64,000 nucleotides of DNA from Octopus vulgaris (GCA_951406725.2 OX597814.1:38874001-38938000); one strand, 5' to 3'. Shown: positions 22,366 through 36,985, numbered from the stretch's first letter. The notes: generated by a model not told the origin, from the sequence alone. Program-made: numbers and translations.

Positions 22366-24959
22366 CCCTTTATCCCCATGCGCCCACTTTTCAGGAGAAT
22401 TTTTCTCAGTTTTCTCTCTTTCTTTTTTCTTTTCCTCACTTTTTTTTCTGTATCTCACCACGTCATTTCTTTTTTGTTTTTTCTGCCTCTCTACCATACA
22501 CTACATTTTATCTGTCCCTTCTTCCCACTAGCATGTAACACAAGTCATTCCCATTTCTCTTTCCAGCTTCCTTTTTTTCACTCGACTGCTGACTTCTTCA
22601 GCAGTCACGTTTCTCCTGGTTTCTCGCTTTCTTCTTTACTTTTAAAACAGACTTCATTTTTTTGTTGTTTTCACCGTTCATTCATCGTTTTGTTTTCACT
22701 GTTGTTTTCACATTTCGTTTGCTAATTATTAACAAAATTTAGTTAGCCAACGCATAATATGAGAAAATCGTGAAGGAAAGTAGTCCCATAATGATGATTG
22801 CAAGCCCACTAATCTTGTAAAAATGCCATGACTGTAGATCCGACTTTCTTTAAAATAGCTCGTTCGAATTTTAGCCACATTTTGTGATTTTGAAGTGAAG
22901 GAAAAATCGGACGGACAAAAACCAGAGATTGCCATGTTGAATCGTAATTATAGGACTTTATCGAATTTCTTGCTATAGTTAATTCATAATATTGAAACAA
23001 GGGGACTTTCTTGCAAATCAAGAAGTCAATGAAATGTGTTTGACTTTGCTATACAAAAATTAATCTCTACAAAAATTTATAGAAAGCCTGTTCGCATGCA
23101 GTAGCTAGTTTTATGGAAACGGAGTTTTACACATTAAGCTTTAGAGTACAGTCTTGTATCAATTGTGGTAAGCCTGATCATAATGATTTAGCTTTAAAAA
23201 ATAAGTAGCAGTAACTGTAAAAATAACTTTTTAAAATAAAGGAGTGAAAACAATACAATATATACAGTTGAGTGAAGAAATGGCAGGCGAAATGATGAAC
23301 GGTAAACATTTGAAAGAAGTAAAAACTTTGCGAAGATTCAGACAGGTCATGTAATTTACTATACGGGACAGGTGTAATGCCTGTTATAAACATTTAAATG
23401 CGTGAGCAAGCAGTGTTTAGTGTGTCTGAATAGGAACGACTAGAACGACCAAGGAAAGAGACGGATGAAAAGACATGACAAGAATAAATGAAGAAGGGAG
23501 GAGGGGGAGGAGAAAGTTGAGTAGTGTGGAGGAAGAGGGCAGGAAGATAAGAGGAAGGAGAGGAGGAAGAGGAAGAAGAAGAAGGTTGTAGTTCCAAATA
23601 AATTTTGCAAGGCATTGATATTTGCGAAAAACTATGATATTGAGAAAAAGTATGAAAATATTAAAAAAACAAAGTGGGTGTTAAAAGATGTTATATTAGT
23701 ATTTACAGCCGTACAATTAGGGGTATAAATTGTCCAGAAACGAAAGAAGGAGGATGGAGTGGGGACCTGCGAAAGACAAATATATTGTGAATAATTGATA
23801 ATGATTCTTTGGATATATGATTTGGGAATAATATTATGAAAATAGGCAAGTGAAATATTTGAAAATATCACAAGGGGACAGTAAATAAGTAATCCCATAA
23901 AACCTTAGTAGCGCGAAAATAATTACAGTAATAATAAGCGTGATTAAATGTTATAAGGTATAACTGATATAACGTTTTTATGATAGGATGGAGTAGAATT
24001 ATAGGTAGATTGCAATTGGTATGTGTGTGAAAATGTCGAGTGAAATTCTTGATGTTTTGTATGAACTACTATATCATTTCGAAAATTGTGCGGTTCCTAC
24101 AAATGTCAAAGCATTTGTTAAGTAGAATGGCTTGACTTGTAGAATAGCAAGCCCATGAGAAATATACATGTCACATGATAAGGATTTAAATTCCAAAGTG
24201 AAAATTGAATCGTGTTTCATTTTTTTTATTGTTTACTTTTTATGGAATAGAAATGCAGTTTGTCGAGAAAGGAATTCAAGCCTTGGAACATGATTATGAG
24301 AGGCCGTTGTTAGACATTCCTATACAAACTGAAACAATATAACAAAAATGTTCGTATTAAATAGCAATAATTTTAGAAATATTTCAAATTAGATTTCTTT
24401 GATGTAGACAATCCATATGCTGCAAAGCGAACAACGATTTCCTGAGTTCGTACACGAGAGTGAGATACTTGCCATTAATATGGGACTTTTTGACAAGATT
24501 AATTATATAAGAATGTAGAATCCTGAAGAGAGATGAAGTAATTCATTTTAACAGTTGAACTAAAAAATAGATAGACTTATAAATAATAGCATTTTGAATA
24601 TTAGTTTACAAAATCCATTGGATGGAAAGAAGACGAGATAAACCCCTTCACTTTCTGAATAATATAACCTACTAACTTATGAATAGAAGTCTACTGCTAA
24701 AGATTCAAGAAAACAAATGACCAAATATTAATCGAGGAAGTAACTTCAAAGAAACCGCCATTCAACACGGAAAGTTTTAGCAATTTTGTGGATGAACTAG
24801 AAAAAAAATAAAGAGAAGAAAAACGATAAAAGCATGTTATGATCCTTTATTATTAGATATTATAGGCACGAACAATGCAAGTTGGAAGTTCATGTATTTG
24901 GTTTTGTACTTAGTGTTGTTCTAGAGAATGTTTAAGAAACTATAAGAAAATTATGTTTG

Positions 24960-25680
24960 TTTTAAAACTTTAGTTTACATAGAAAGTATTTTGCTTAGGA
25001 TATGGGCAGTTCCCATGAGAACTATCTTTTGAATTTCGGCCATTTAGGGGTTTCCTGGTATCTGAGCTAGGTAGCAATCAGCCCCTTTTGCTATCATTCC
25101 CAGGGCACCTATGACAACAAGTATTGTTTTAGTCTTCAAGTTCCACATTTTGCTAATTTCTATTTGAAAATCTTTATATTTGCTAATTTTTCGGTAGGTC
25201 GTGACAGATACATTTATATCGATTGGGGCAGTCATATCAATGAGGTAGCATGATTTTTGTCTGAAGTCTTTCAATATGATGTCTCGCCTATTCGCATCTA
25301 TCTTTCTGTCAGTTTGAATGGTGAAGTTCCAGAGGAGTGAGATGTGATTATTTTCAAGCATTGGAGGTGGTCTGTGTTCGCACCAGTTTTTATTATGGGG
25401 CAAGTCAAGGCTTTTGCAAATAACCCATTGAATATATCGTGCAGCTCTATCATGCCTGTTGAGATACTCTGTAGGTGGAAGAAGATTGCACTTGGAGACA
25501 TGATAAATGGTTTCGTTCTGTTGTTGACATACACGACATGTTGTGCTACTGCCGTTCTTTAATATGTTGGCCTGATACTTCCTTGTAGGTAGGCATTGAT
25601 CTTAGGATGCTATGATAAATCCTTCTGTTTCAGTTTCTAAGCCAGCGGCCATTAGCCATAGATAGGTTTTTCTTTCCATT
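24960..25680 (-). mobile_element. 3' fragment of R4/Dong-like non-LTR retrotransposon (Zn knuckle + restriction-like endonuclease)
   Basis: TEGFIIA..DQCL, CRVC..ETIYHV..C, DRKIDANRRDII..LIDM, KISKY..EISKMW, VVIGALG. Frameshifted. Abuts (ATC/ATT)n at 25690-25865. Confidence 0.85.
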
Positions 25681-26197
25681 TATTAGTGAGAATCATCATC
25701 ATCATCATCATCATAATTATCATCATCATCATCATCATCATCATCAGCATCATTATAATTATCATCATCAGCAGCAGCATCATTATAATTATCATCAACA
25801 TCAGCATCATTAAAATTATCATCATCATCATCACTATAATTATCATCATCATTATTATTATCATTCAGGTCACTGCCTGGAATCGAACTAGGAATATTCG
25901 GTAACAATTCGATTACATATCTTTAAGTTAATCAGAGTTAAATGGTATGGAAAGTAATGTGGCGAGTGCTATGTATTGTCGGCCTCTGAGTACCAGTTGG
26001 CGGTTGCTGTGAAAAAGGTGGTGAAACGAAAAATGGTCAACATGTTAGGTTAAGAGTTATGTCTCTTGGTTGAGTGAAGCCGGTAAGAGTTATCTTAAAG
26101 TGGCGAAGGTGTGTATTGTCAGTGTGGTCCTCCTTTGGTGATGGGGGGTGTGATATGTGTAGTGGTGTCATACGCGTAATATTTTCCTAGAGTATAG

Positions 26198-26261
<64 letters not shown>

Positions 26262-26293
26262 CTGTGTTAGTTGGACAGTTTTCTTTTTGCAAA

Positions 26294-26344
<51 letters not shown>

Positions 26345-27286
26345 GTATGATAGACTCTCCCACCGAATACGACTCAAGAGCTTTCAGCATTTTACCCAAC
26401 GAAATGCACAAATGATTTTTTTATAGTGATCACATGTTAGTGTCGCACATTCGCTCCCTCGCTCCAATAAATCGACGTTGTCTGAACAGGTGCATGGTGT
26501 ACCCCGCGTCAGATGTGGAAGCGATCACAGTTTAACGTGTGATGAGGTGTTTTGCTCAAGAACACAACTTGTCACCCTGTCTAGTAATTGATATCACTAT
26601 TCTGAGTGATCACGAGCGCCACACTAATTCATGCGAACTCACACACACACACATACATATATCCTTCCGATGATAATTTGGAGTACCTAATTCTTGAAAT
26701 TCCACACAAAGTATTACCCAAATACTTTGGAGCGCACATGCATATGCATTTATTTCATAAGATTAGGATAATTCTTAGAAGAAATAAAGCGGTTTAGCAC
26801 AAGAAGAAAAGGAGAGGGAGAGATAAATATTTTTGCTTACCCTTGTCATAGTAAAGTCGTCCTAGCTTAAAATTTACGATATCATTTCTCCTTAAATTCA
26901 GCATCCATCTAACTTAAAATCCACCTCTCTCTTACCTCTCTCCATTTGTTTATTAATTACAAATTTCAAGGATCCCCCACTCCCTGATATTTAACCTCTG
27001 CCACTTTTCATACTAAATAACCGTTTAAGTTCTTAAGGCATTTGTTTACTTCTTTTTAAGCTCTCTTTTTTTATATTTTTTTTTGACTTCACCATTCATT
27101 TCAAATTACATCATCGTTGAGTTAACTTGGGAGTCCTAAGCAACAATGTAACTTACATATAAGTAAGGTACCTGCGGCCTGACGAGTAGCTAGCTGACTA
27201 CTGCTCTTTAGTACTTATTACATGAAATGATCTGCAAGCTAGGAAACATGTAACCTGGATTTTACTTGATTCACTCCTCAATTTCC

Positions 27287-27317
<31 letters not shown>

Positions 27318-28801
27318 TGTATGTATGTATTCTATATGCCGTGTAACGAAGTATCATATTCCAGATAACACTGAAGGCTGCCACGAATGAAGCTCTCAGG
27401 GCTCTATGAAAGTCTTTTCTTAATTTTGTAGTACAGTGATATGATATATATTTGCCACTGCTTCATAAAGTCTGCTACATAATTTATATTTCAGGCCCAT
27501 TATATGACAAGCCATGTTACCGAACGAATGCACTCTTGAATTGCTAAGTCGGCCAAATCAGTTACCTCTCGTTTTTTCGTTAGTCACAATGTGTGGTCTG
27601 TGTTAGCTCCTTCTGATTTTGATACTATCGTTACTTTTACCGCTTTCGCTATTAGAAATTTCTTTATGGATATGATATTATTTTTTGGTAAATGCGTATA
27701 TTGTGCTGAGAAATGGAATTTCTTTTCTCTTTCATTATGTTTTGTGTTTTTAAAATTGCGATTGTTTTCGTTTCAATTTTCTCGTGAGAATTCTTTTCAG
27801 CCCAGCATAACTGCTTTTTGTGGTTTTTTTTTTTTTTTTGGTTCTTTTTTCTGCTTTACAAGTGGAAGAAGAAAATGTACCCACTATTTAAAGTGTTTTC
27901 TCCGAAACAACGAAAAACAATAAATGCAATGATATTTCTAGCTTTGTCTAAACATACTGTCGCATTAAAAAAAAAAAATTCCATTAAATTTCTATTTGGA
28001 AAAATTCCTGATATTTAGTGAGTGAGAGATAAAAGATGTTTGAAAGCCTTGCCTTTAGATTTCATAATAATAATGTGTACTTTATCAAACGCTTAAAAGA
28101 TCGAGAACTACACAGAAGATGCAACACAATGCGTGGTTATATAATATAAAATCTTGTAATTAGTACAAAATCATACGTAAAAAATATTCAGACAAGGATA
28201 TTTCTCCAAAAAGTGGGTGACGTCTGAAGTTTGCTCTTGAAAATTACACACATGCATACGCGCGCGCGCACGCACACACACATACAAAATGGTAACGCTG
28301 ACTATTAGAGAAAGTGTTCCCTAATTTTGGCATAAGGCCGATAATTTTTTTGTGAAAGAGGCATGTCGATTATAAGGGCAAAATTACTTGAACAGTGCCC
28401 TATTTTATCGACTCCGAAAGGGTTAAATGTATTTCATCAAATGTTGATCTCCGCAAGATTTGCTTTCCGAATATAATTAGCTACAACTAAGTATCAAACA
28501 TCTAATGTAGTATTTTCAAAACTGAACCACGCTATCTCCTAGGGTGTTGTGGAATAAAGCTATTGCTAGTGAGGACAAATGTCCCTAATTTATATATCAA
28601 CTTGAGAAAAAGATGTATTATTATGGGTAATAAATGCTTAATTTCCAAAGTTTAAATTCAGCGTAAAGTACTACACATTTGCACGATGTTTTTCCAGACG
28701 TCAAAAAAAATGAAAATATAGAAATCCGTCATCTATAGAAAATAATTTTCAGATGTAAGTGTTGATGAGTGGATAAGTTTACCCTACGATATATTAAATG
28801 T

Positions 28802-29182
28802 TGTTGTTGTTGTGGAGGCGCAATGGCCCAGTGGTTAGGGCAGCGGACTCGCGGTCATAGGATTGCGGTTTCGATTCCCAGACCGGGCGTTTGTGAGTGT
28901 TTATTGAGCGAAAACACCTAAAGCTCCACGAGGCTCCGGCACTGTACTCTTTCACCACAACTTTCTCTCACTCTTACTTCCTGTTTCTGTTGTACCTGTA
29001 TTTCAAAGGGCCGGCCTTGTCACTCTCTGTGTCACGCTGAATATCCCCGAGAACTACGTAAAGGGTACACGTGTCTGTGGTGTGCTCAGCCACTTACACG
29101 TTAATTTCACGAGCAGGCTGTTCCGTTGATTCGGATCAACAGGAGCCCTCGTCGTCCTAACCGACGGAGCGCTTCCTCCTAC
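28802..29182 (+). mobile_element. tRNA-derived SINE with target-site duplication
   Basis: A box TGGCCCAGTGG, B box GTTTCGATTCCC. TATTAAATGT repeated at 28792-28801 and 29183-29192. Confidence 0.85.
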
Positions 29183-31243
29183 TATTAAATGTCGTGATGT
29201 TTGCGTTGATATAATATCACAACTAACTTCATGATGTTTATGTTGAGATGAAAGTTTCGATGGTGTAGAGTATGTATCCTGCTTCGACTTTATGTTCTAT
29301 GGTATGAGTGCATTTAACGCGCTGTCATTTGAATAAAGTAGTTCTCGAACTACGCTCAGAGAGATTCTAATTGCGTTCCCTTAATTTTAAATATATAATC
29401 AATGCATTAGTTGAATATAGACCTAATATTTTCTAATTTTGGCAGAAAGTCAGAAATTTTAGGGAAGCGGGATAATCGTTTACTTCGAAGCCACTAATGT
29501 AATGGTACCTCTTTTATCGACTCCCAAAAGAGTGAAAGGTAAATGGATCTCAGTGGTATTTGGACTCAGGACGTAAAACCTGAAGAAATGTTGTTAAGAA
29601 ATTCGTCCTCTGTCGGTGTGCTAACGACTTTGCCAGCTTGGAGCCACTTGTGAGACACTATAAAAATCGTAAGGAAACGGTTAAATACGTCTTAAAATGT
29701 ACCAACCAATTTTTGAATGTAGCAAAATAGCGAGCGCAAATTTTTTATCTTACACTCACGAAATTACCAGATTTCTTTATGCATAGAGTGCTTTCCGTTT
29801 TTGTGTGTGTGCGTGGTAGTGGGAGTTTCAATTCCCACTGTTGCCAAATTTGCTATAATAACATGAGATTTTACTTCTTCATATTCTCTTCATGCTGTTG
29901 GTTGATAGGTCTTGTATAATTTGCATGCTAGAGTTGGTTGCGAATGTCAGTGATTTTATAGCGCAGATCAATAGATTTGTATACCTTATACAATTCATTT
30001 GCATTGAGCCTATGTAAAATATTGTTATTTCCTGCCATTGAATAAACTTTTGAGACAAGAAATTGAGCCTGAGAAAGCAAATTGTCGATCAGCATTGTTC
30101 ATTCATTCAATACATTACAAAATTCAAAAGTTTTAACATTATTTACAGTAAACTCTTTCATAATCGTATACCTCTTTCATTTCTATGTAAATGAAATCAG
30201 GATAAAATCAAAATAAAATTGTTTTAATACGACACTAAAAAGCATGCTTTAGTTATTTTTTTCCTTTTTCAAAGAGAGGTGTGGTATGTTCCTGTGAAAA
30301 TATTATATTATTGCTATGTGTTTCCAATGGAGAAACTATAAACAAATGTTAATAGAGAAAAACTTAACAAAAGAATTCGAATGGTGGCGTAGTAAATTCT
30401 AATGCACAAATTTGATATTGAATATTTAATAGTTTCTCGACCATTTATTATAACGTCACAATTGTAGAGGTGTGCACAAGCATATGAGCGAATACAAACA
30501 CATGCATCATTCACACTCACGCACTTATATGTGCGTATGGTATATGTGTGAATCTCTCCCTCCCTCTCTCTCTCTATCTCTCTCTGTCTCTATGAGAGAG
30601 TTTGTACGTGGGTATGAGTTTTTATACGTGCATATGTCTCCTAATGTTAGCACGCGTACCTGTGTCTGATGGGGGTATTGACAAAGCTTTGGAGCCTCAG
30701 ACAACATGCCATACGATTACTTGACGTTTTGGGATCAAGCCTAACGTACTAAACTTAGCTTGTCCTCAATCTGAGCCCCATAAAATAAAATACTAGTCAC
30801 GTAAACTGTTATGTCCAATTGCATGTCTTACACCTGTAATGGAAACAAAGATCAAGAGTGATGGCTCACAAAACGTTAGAGCATTGAAAAATTATTTCGT
30901 GACGTTTAGTTGATAATTTTTTACATTTTAGTCAAAATCCTCCAAAATCAATTTTACCCCTAATATTTTCAGTATGAAGAAAATAAACTAATGTGTCTTT
31001 CTCACAAATACAGATGTCTTTTATGGCCTTATCGATCCTTACATGAGCTTTACGATCTCTGCAGCTTTACATTTTTTCCTGAAAAATTCAAAAAATATTT
31101 TTGCAGGTTATGAGTAACTTAGACATATAGGGTATCGTAATTTATGTGTTATATGCTGTCTCTCAATTTCGTCTATAGGCTTACCTTTCGGACGATAGAC
31201 TGCTGTTATATACTATTTTGTTGTAAATTACATATTCTTGCTA

Positions 31244-32536
31244 CGAGGGACGTTCAATTGGTAATGCCTCTGACCCACTTGCATTTGTTTGATCTAGCTG
31301 CAAGTTTGCATGTGCAATTATTTATATATCTGTAGATTAAGTGGCAAATTACAGCTCTGGGCTAATTGTGATTTCTGATTTACAGGTGTTTGAACTGAGT
31401 CAAGTGTGAAATGGAGCCTGTTGAGTGTCGAGCAATGATCCGGTTTTTGTATTTGAAAGGACGCACACCACAGGAGACTTTTGATGAAATGAAAGTAACT
31501 TATGGTGATGATGCCCCATCATATGACCTTGTAAAACGTTGGCATCGTGAATTCAAACATGGTCGGAACTCTGTAGAAACAGCTCCCAGATCTGGTCACC
31601 CCACTTCTGCCATTGATGAGGCATCTGTCCGTCAAGTTGAGGCTGCCATTTTGGAAGATCGATGCATAACTATTCGCCAAATAGCCTATAAGGTCAAGAT
31701 TAGTACCGGGTCTGTGGAAACTATCATTCGTGACCATTTGCATATGCAAAAGGTGTCTGCCAGATGTATTCCCAGGTTCCTCATACCTTTCCAGAAGCAA
31801 GAACGTGTCGAGTGCTCGAGGATGAATTTGGAGATGTGCCAAGAAGATGAGTCAAAAATTTTCAAAAGACTGATTACACAGGATGAAACCTGGGTCCATC
31901 ACTATGATTCAGAGACCAAATCCCAGTCAATGCAGTGGAAGCACCGTGACTCACCTCCTCCAAAGAAGGCAAGGGTGCAGCCCTCCGCTGGCAAGGTCAT
32001 GCTCACAGTCTTCTGGGACCAGGACGGAGTAGTGATGACAGATTTCCTGTCAAAGTGTACCACAATTACAGAAGCCTATTATGCTTCACTTTTGAGGAAA
32101 TTAAGAGAGGCTATCAAAATCAAGAGGTGGGGCAAGATCAGCAAAGGCATCCTCCTCCTGCAGGACAACGCTCCGGTCCACAACTCGCGTGTAGCCAGAT
32201 CAGAAGCACAGGCGTGCTGCTATGAACTCCTCACCCTTCCCCCCTACGCTCCTGACCTTGCACCCTCTGATTTTCACCTCTTCCCAGCCATGAAGTTGTT
32301 TTTCAAAGGAAAGCATTTCACAGATGATGCAGCCTTGATTTCTAAAGTCACGTCGTGGTTGGAGGACCAAGCTGGGGTCTTCTACAAAAACGGTCTCCAG
32401 CGCTGCATCAAACAATGGGAGAAATGCGTAACTCTGGGTAGTTCCTATGTAGAGAAAGACTAATAACTGTGCCAAGTTTCGTTGCTCTAATGCTATGGGA
32501 AGTGGATCAGGGGCATTACTTATTGAACGCCTCTCG
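31244..32536 (+). mobile_element. Full-length mariner transposon with imperfect TIRs and TA TSD
   Basis: TA|CGAGGGACGTTCAATTGGTAATGCCTCTGACCCACTT ... AAGTGGATCAGGGGCATTACTTATTGAACGCCTCTCG|TA. Confidence 0.95.
31411..32463 (+). CDS. Mariner DD34D transposase, 350 aa, open
   Basis: N-terminal HTH region, TQDETWVH, LLQDNAPVH, YAPDLAPSDFHLF, with 34 residues between the 2nd and 3rd D. Confidence 0.95.
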   Translation: MEPVECRAMIRFLYLKGRTPQETFDEMKVTYGDDAPSYDLVKRWHREFKHGRNSVETAPRSGHPTSAIDEASVRQVEAAILEDRCITIRQIAYKVKISTGSVETIIRDHLHMQKVSARCIPRFLIPFQKQERVECSRMNLEMCQEDESKIFKRLITQDETWVHHYDSETKSQSMQWKHRDSPPPKKARVQPSAGKVMLTVFWDQDGVVMTDFLSKCTTITEAYYASLLRKLREAIKIKRWGKISKGILLLQDNAPVHNSRVARSEAQACCYELLTLPPYAPDLAPSDFHLFPAMKLFFKGKHFTDDAALISKVTSWLEDQAGVFYKNGLQRCIKQWEKCVTLGSSYVEKD

Positions 32537-33189
32537 TACAACTTTACGTGGAGCATACAATTTAATCTAAGAGTTCGGAAATAGTAGTGATTTTGTACTT
32601 ATTATTTTGAATATTGTCTAAGGCGTCACGAGCTTAGAGAACAATGAATACGCTAGGCAAAATGTGGGTTTATCGGCACTGAGAGTAAGTATCCGCCGAT
32701 ATCCGTATCGCCTTTAATCCGACTTCACCACTCAAAATTGCTAGACTCCTTCCAAAATAAGAAACGTTATTTCAAACATTCTCTCCTGAAGTTACGTCAT
32801 TCTTGCTCAGAGGTTTCTAGTACCGTATTCTAACAAATAATTGATATTTATTGTTCTTTAATAAAATATTTGCAAAATGATTTCAGATATTCCTATAGGC
32901 TAATGCTACTTAGCAAATGTCTCATGCTATTTGCGGTTCTTATGTACTTTTGGTGCATTTCGTAATTATCTTTTTACTGAGGATTGGGAAATCTATCGTC
33001 TTCCTTTATTTCTCTGTTCTACTCATTATTTGCTTGATATTTCATATTCTTATTCAGTTCTTATTACGTAGCGCCCGAGTTAATCTGCAAATATTAACAG
33101 TTCCCTAAATGGTATGTGTACTCTATATTCTATCCATATTTATCTTCATATCAGTTTTTAATAATTAAATGACAGCCAGATTTCTGTTT

Positions 33190-35400
33190 ACATAGTTATG
33201 CTTAAAGGTGAGTTTTATCATTAGAACAACGAATGTATAACAATTTTAATTGCTTGATTCCCTTTTTCTTCATATGGGAATCATAAGAAAAAGTAACGTA
33301 CAATTCTATATTATTCTTCAGTTGTATTTTTTAATGTGTATAATCGCTTGTGTAGTTCTTTTGTGATTTCTATTAAATGTTAAACTGCAGCTTTTACGTT
33401 CTCCTCCTCCATCCATTAGCCTTCCACTCTTTATTTCAAAGTATTTTGGTAGTCATATCGATATTTTATAATAGTTTTCTATCTGTATCAGTCCACAGCG
33501 TCCTTCTGCCCGTCTGGTTTGGGATGGTGACATAGGTACTCTGTTAGTAGCTTTCTGGTTTTTCTATCTCAGTTTCTCAATTCACTGATCTTCGTTTTTT
33601 TATGCTAAAGCTGTAATTTGTGACTGGTATGGCTAGCGGGTTTATCCGTATTATCTTATTTTTTTAGCATTAAGTTCAGTGTTTAATATTAGTCTAACTA
33701 TTCTGTAACACTCTCTCCTCATTATCTCTTTCATTTCTGTGTGTTTTATTTTAGCTGTTTTTTCTACTCTTAGATATTTATATGAGCAGTTGTCAATTGT
33801 CTAATTTCTGTGTTTATGTCAAATGCAGTGCTTTCAGTGCTGAATAAGTTTCCTCTTTTTAGTGTGACCTCGGCACATTTGTCCAGAGCCATGCTATAAT
33901 CGATGTAATATCTGAAATTCTGAACAATTTTGGTAAGGCTTCTCTAGTCCATGGTTATTTTAGTGAAAAGTTTTAGGTAATTTATATACAGAAGATGGTT
34001 TAATTTTTGTCTATAGCACCTATAATCCGTGCTGGCTTCGTTAAACAAGTTTATTATCAGGGTCAGAGAAACCCAGAAATCAAGCATGACAGTAAGTCTC
34101 CCTATAAAATCCTTTTTTTTATTGGTATAACGTACGTTTTAATTATTTAAAGGGTTATTTTTTAATGCTATACTGATTTTCTAGTTTGCCATTTCATTTT
34201 TAATATATTTTAATAGTTGTGAGGCTACATTATGCCGAGAGATTCCAGTATCTATGAGTGTGGAAAACTGTCGAATGATTTCTGCTAATCAATCCAAGTT
34301 CCTTATAATTGCTCGGTTTACCAGAAGTTGCTCTTTACAGCCGTACATCCGTCTCCAACAACCATTTTGTTCCTTTGGTAAGACATTATTATTTCCCAGG
34401 TGATTTATAAGCCGGTTATAGATGACTGATGTTACAGTTTTGTAGGCTGTTGATAGGCCTGTTTTTCGTCTGTCATTTTGTGGGTGTGCGGTGTATTTGT
34501 TGTTTGGGAATTACGGTGGATTGCCCGTCAGGCATCCACTTTGGTGTTGATTCTAGCTCACTTATCACTAAGTTGAACGTTGCCACTAAGTAGTTATGGG
34601 TGCTGGTGAGATGTTTCAACCAGAAATTGGGGAGTTTGTCTATCACTGCAGTTTTCCATTTGTTGGTACTCCACAGTGTGTCCATTATCATTTTGTGTGT
34701 GTTGGTTTTGTCGCATCTGTTGCTCTATTATGTTCTTCCTTTCCTTTTCCCTACTAATGCACTGAACAATTTTCTTTTCTTTTTGTTTTCGTTTCCATGA
34801 TATTGCTTCCCAGTATGATTGAATCACTGATGCTATTGGCATGGCATTTACTGATACAGTTTTTGTGTCTAATTTTTTATAAAAACATTTTGCGTTTATT
34901 TTGAATTATCTATTTTGTTGGAAGAAGCGCTCTCGTTTTTCATACCGTTCTATGCGGCAAGTTTTTCGCTGCTATACCCTGATTCATTTTTTCTTTTACG
35001 CCCAAGGTTTCTTTTTTATTAATCGTGTTGTATTGTTTTGTTATACGGGCTTTTTATTTTATTTTCACATCTCATCGCGTTTTCTCTAATTCATAAAGTA
35101 TTGAATAGTCTTTCTTCTGTATTGAATTTGATTTAATATGATCTGCTTTTATTTAGGGGTTTGATATTTAGTTGAGATATTTCCTCTTTGAAACGGTCAA
35201 ACACAGTTTCCCTGGATATCACTACAGCTGTTGAGTAGATGAAGACATTTGGTTTGTTGACATATAATGCATCTTTTAATATGGTCATTATCACTTGTAA
35301 GGCTCTTTTGAATCTTTTTATCATTTCATAAAGGAGTTTCTTTTTCTGTAGCTGAACCATATTTATCGACTGTAATATATTGAATTCTATTTTTGCTATT
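33190..35400 (-). mobile_element. Decayed R4/Dong-like non-LTR retrotransposon, RT region
   Basis: Broken motifs NFWLKHL, EQNGC..GCKEQLL, WID*QKSFDS, LNHLLY..YLKLF, YKYL, INPLAIPV, with many stops and frameshifts. Boundaries approximate. Confidence 0.78.
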
Positions 35401-35639
35401 TCTTTCGACGATTCGTCTCCGTCCTCGGTTATGGCTGGTCTATCGCGATGTGTGTTATTTTGTTTGTTGCTGATTTGTGCTTCAATATTTGCCTATCTAT
35501 GTGTGTTGTTGATTGATGTGCTGCTCTATTTATTTCTGGATTGGGTAGCTGTGTAATGATTTTACATTGGTTTAGCCTTTTATTTACTGTTTGCAGTGTT
35601 ATCTATGTTGTGTTCTCTTCTTTCTCCTTTTGTGTTTTT

Positions 35640-36033
35640 GAAGACGAAAGGTGTTCTTCAATCAGGATAATGCTCGGCCACATTCAGGGAGGATGACATT
35701 CCAAAGACTGGAGGAGTTTGAATGGGAAACGATGCCCCAGTCGCCATATTTGCTGGGCATTGCTCCATCTAGTTATCATTTATTCCGCAGACATCAAAAC
35801 CATTTGGACGAAAAGAATATGAATTCGACAGACGAGATCAGAACAGTATTGGAGGGGCATTTTTCGTCAGGGACAAGTGTATTTTGGAATAGCGGCCTTG
35901 CAAACCTATAAGGTTGATGGGCATTGTAGTAAATGAAGGAGAGTATAATTTAGATTAAAAAATAACATTGTTTACCTTAATTTTGAAAAATAAATGAAGT
36001 ATAAATAACCGCAATATTTATGGGATGACCCAA
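35640..36033 (+). mobile_element. 3' fragment of a second mariner family
   Basis: FFNQDNARPH...SPYLLGIAPSSYHLFR. TIR-like end CGCAATATTTATGGGATGACCCAA|TA. Confidence 0.85.
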
Positions 36034-36062
36034 TATATCTATATCGATATATATATAAAATT

Positions 36063-36153
<91 letters not shown>

Positions 36154-36199
36154 GTGTGTGTGTATGCGTTTGCACCCTATAATTTGCATTGCATTGTGA

Positions 36200-36985
36200 T
36201 GCAGTTGATGCGATTTTTTGTTTTGCACTTCATGTTTGCCTTTCCTTCCCATTCTTGAATTTTTTTGTTCTCCCTTGCTCAGTTAATTTACATGTCCCAC
36301 AACAAGGTCTCCACAGGTGGTTACTTCCATCGTTTCTTTTTCAAACGTGAATTTCGCCCATGTTAGAAGTCTCTGAAATGTTGTGTATATCTTCGACTGT
36401 TGATAATTTGTGTTTTTTTATGTATTCGTTGGAGATTGATGATTGATGTAGAATTGGGAGGTATCATTTGTCTGAGTAACGGATGTTGTGTTTTCTAGGA
36501 TTGTGGGGGACTACATATGGAATATTTGTATTTTTGTTTTTACCCCTAGCCTGAGTGTATCTCCGTAAGAGATCGGGATTTTCTTTGCTTTTGGTATGGC
36601 CTGTTGAATTAACTGCTTGGGATATTTTTGTTTCTAAAAGTATATATTAAGTTCTGCCAGTCGTTTCTCTCATTTAACGGTATAAGACTATTAAGCCTAT
36701 GCGCCTAGCCATATTAATTGATATGTTTCAATTTATATAGGAAGGGATCGAAAATCTAAAAATATTTGTGTGTGTCTGTGTTCTTATGGAAGAGGTCAGT
36801 TATAATTTTCTCATTTTCTTTCATTATCAGAATATCCAGAAAGGGATGTTCCTTTTCAGTCGTTTCCATAGAGAACTGAATTCAAGCATGGATGCTGTTT
36901 ATAAATTTGACATTTTGTAAGGTTCTCCTTACTTTCGTTCCAAAATATGAAGCAGCTACCTAAACGTGTTTTCTAGGTTCCCATG
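36200..36985 (-). mobile_element. Decayed PLE RT/linker fragment
   Basis: INSIHA*IQFSMETTEKEHPFLDILIMKENEKIITDLFHKNTDTHKY matches ORF2 LPFLDIMVIK..ITTDIYYKHTDTHQY. CGTC-like linker near 36290. Confidence 0.85.

Noticed and set aside
24000-24830. Coding-looking purine-rich stretch (also 48060-48720)
   Set aside because: No sustained ORF or recognisable motif; cannot support a gene or pseudogene call without a search.
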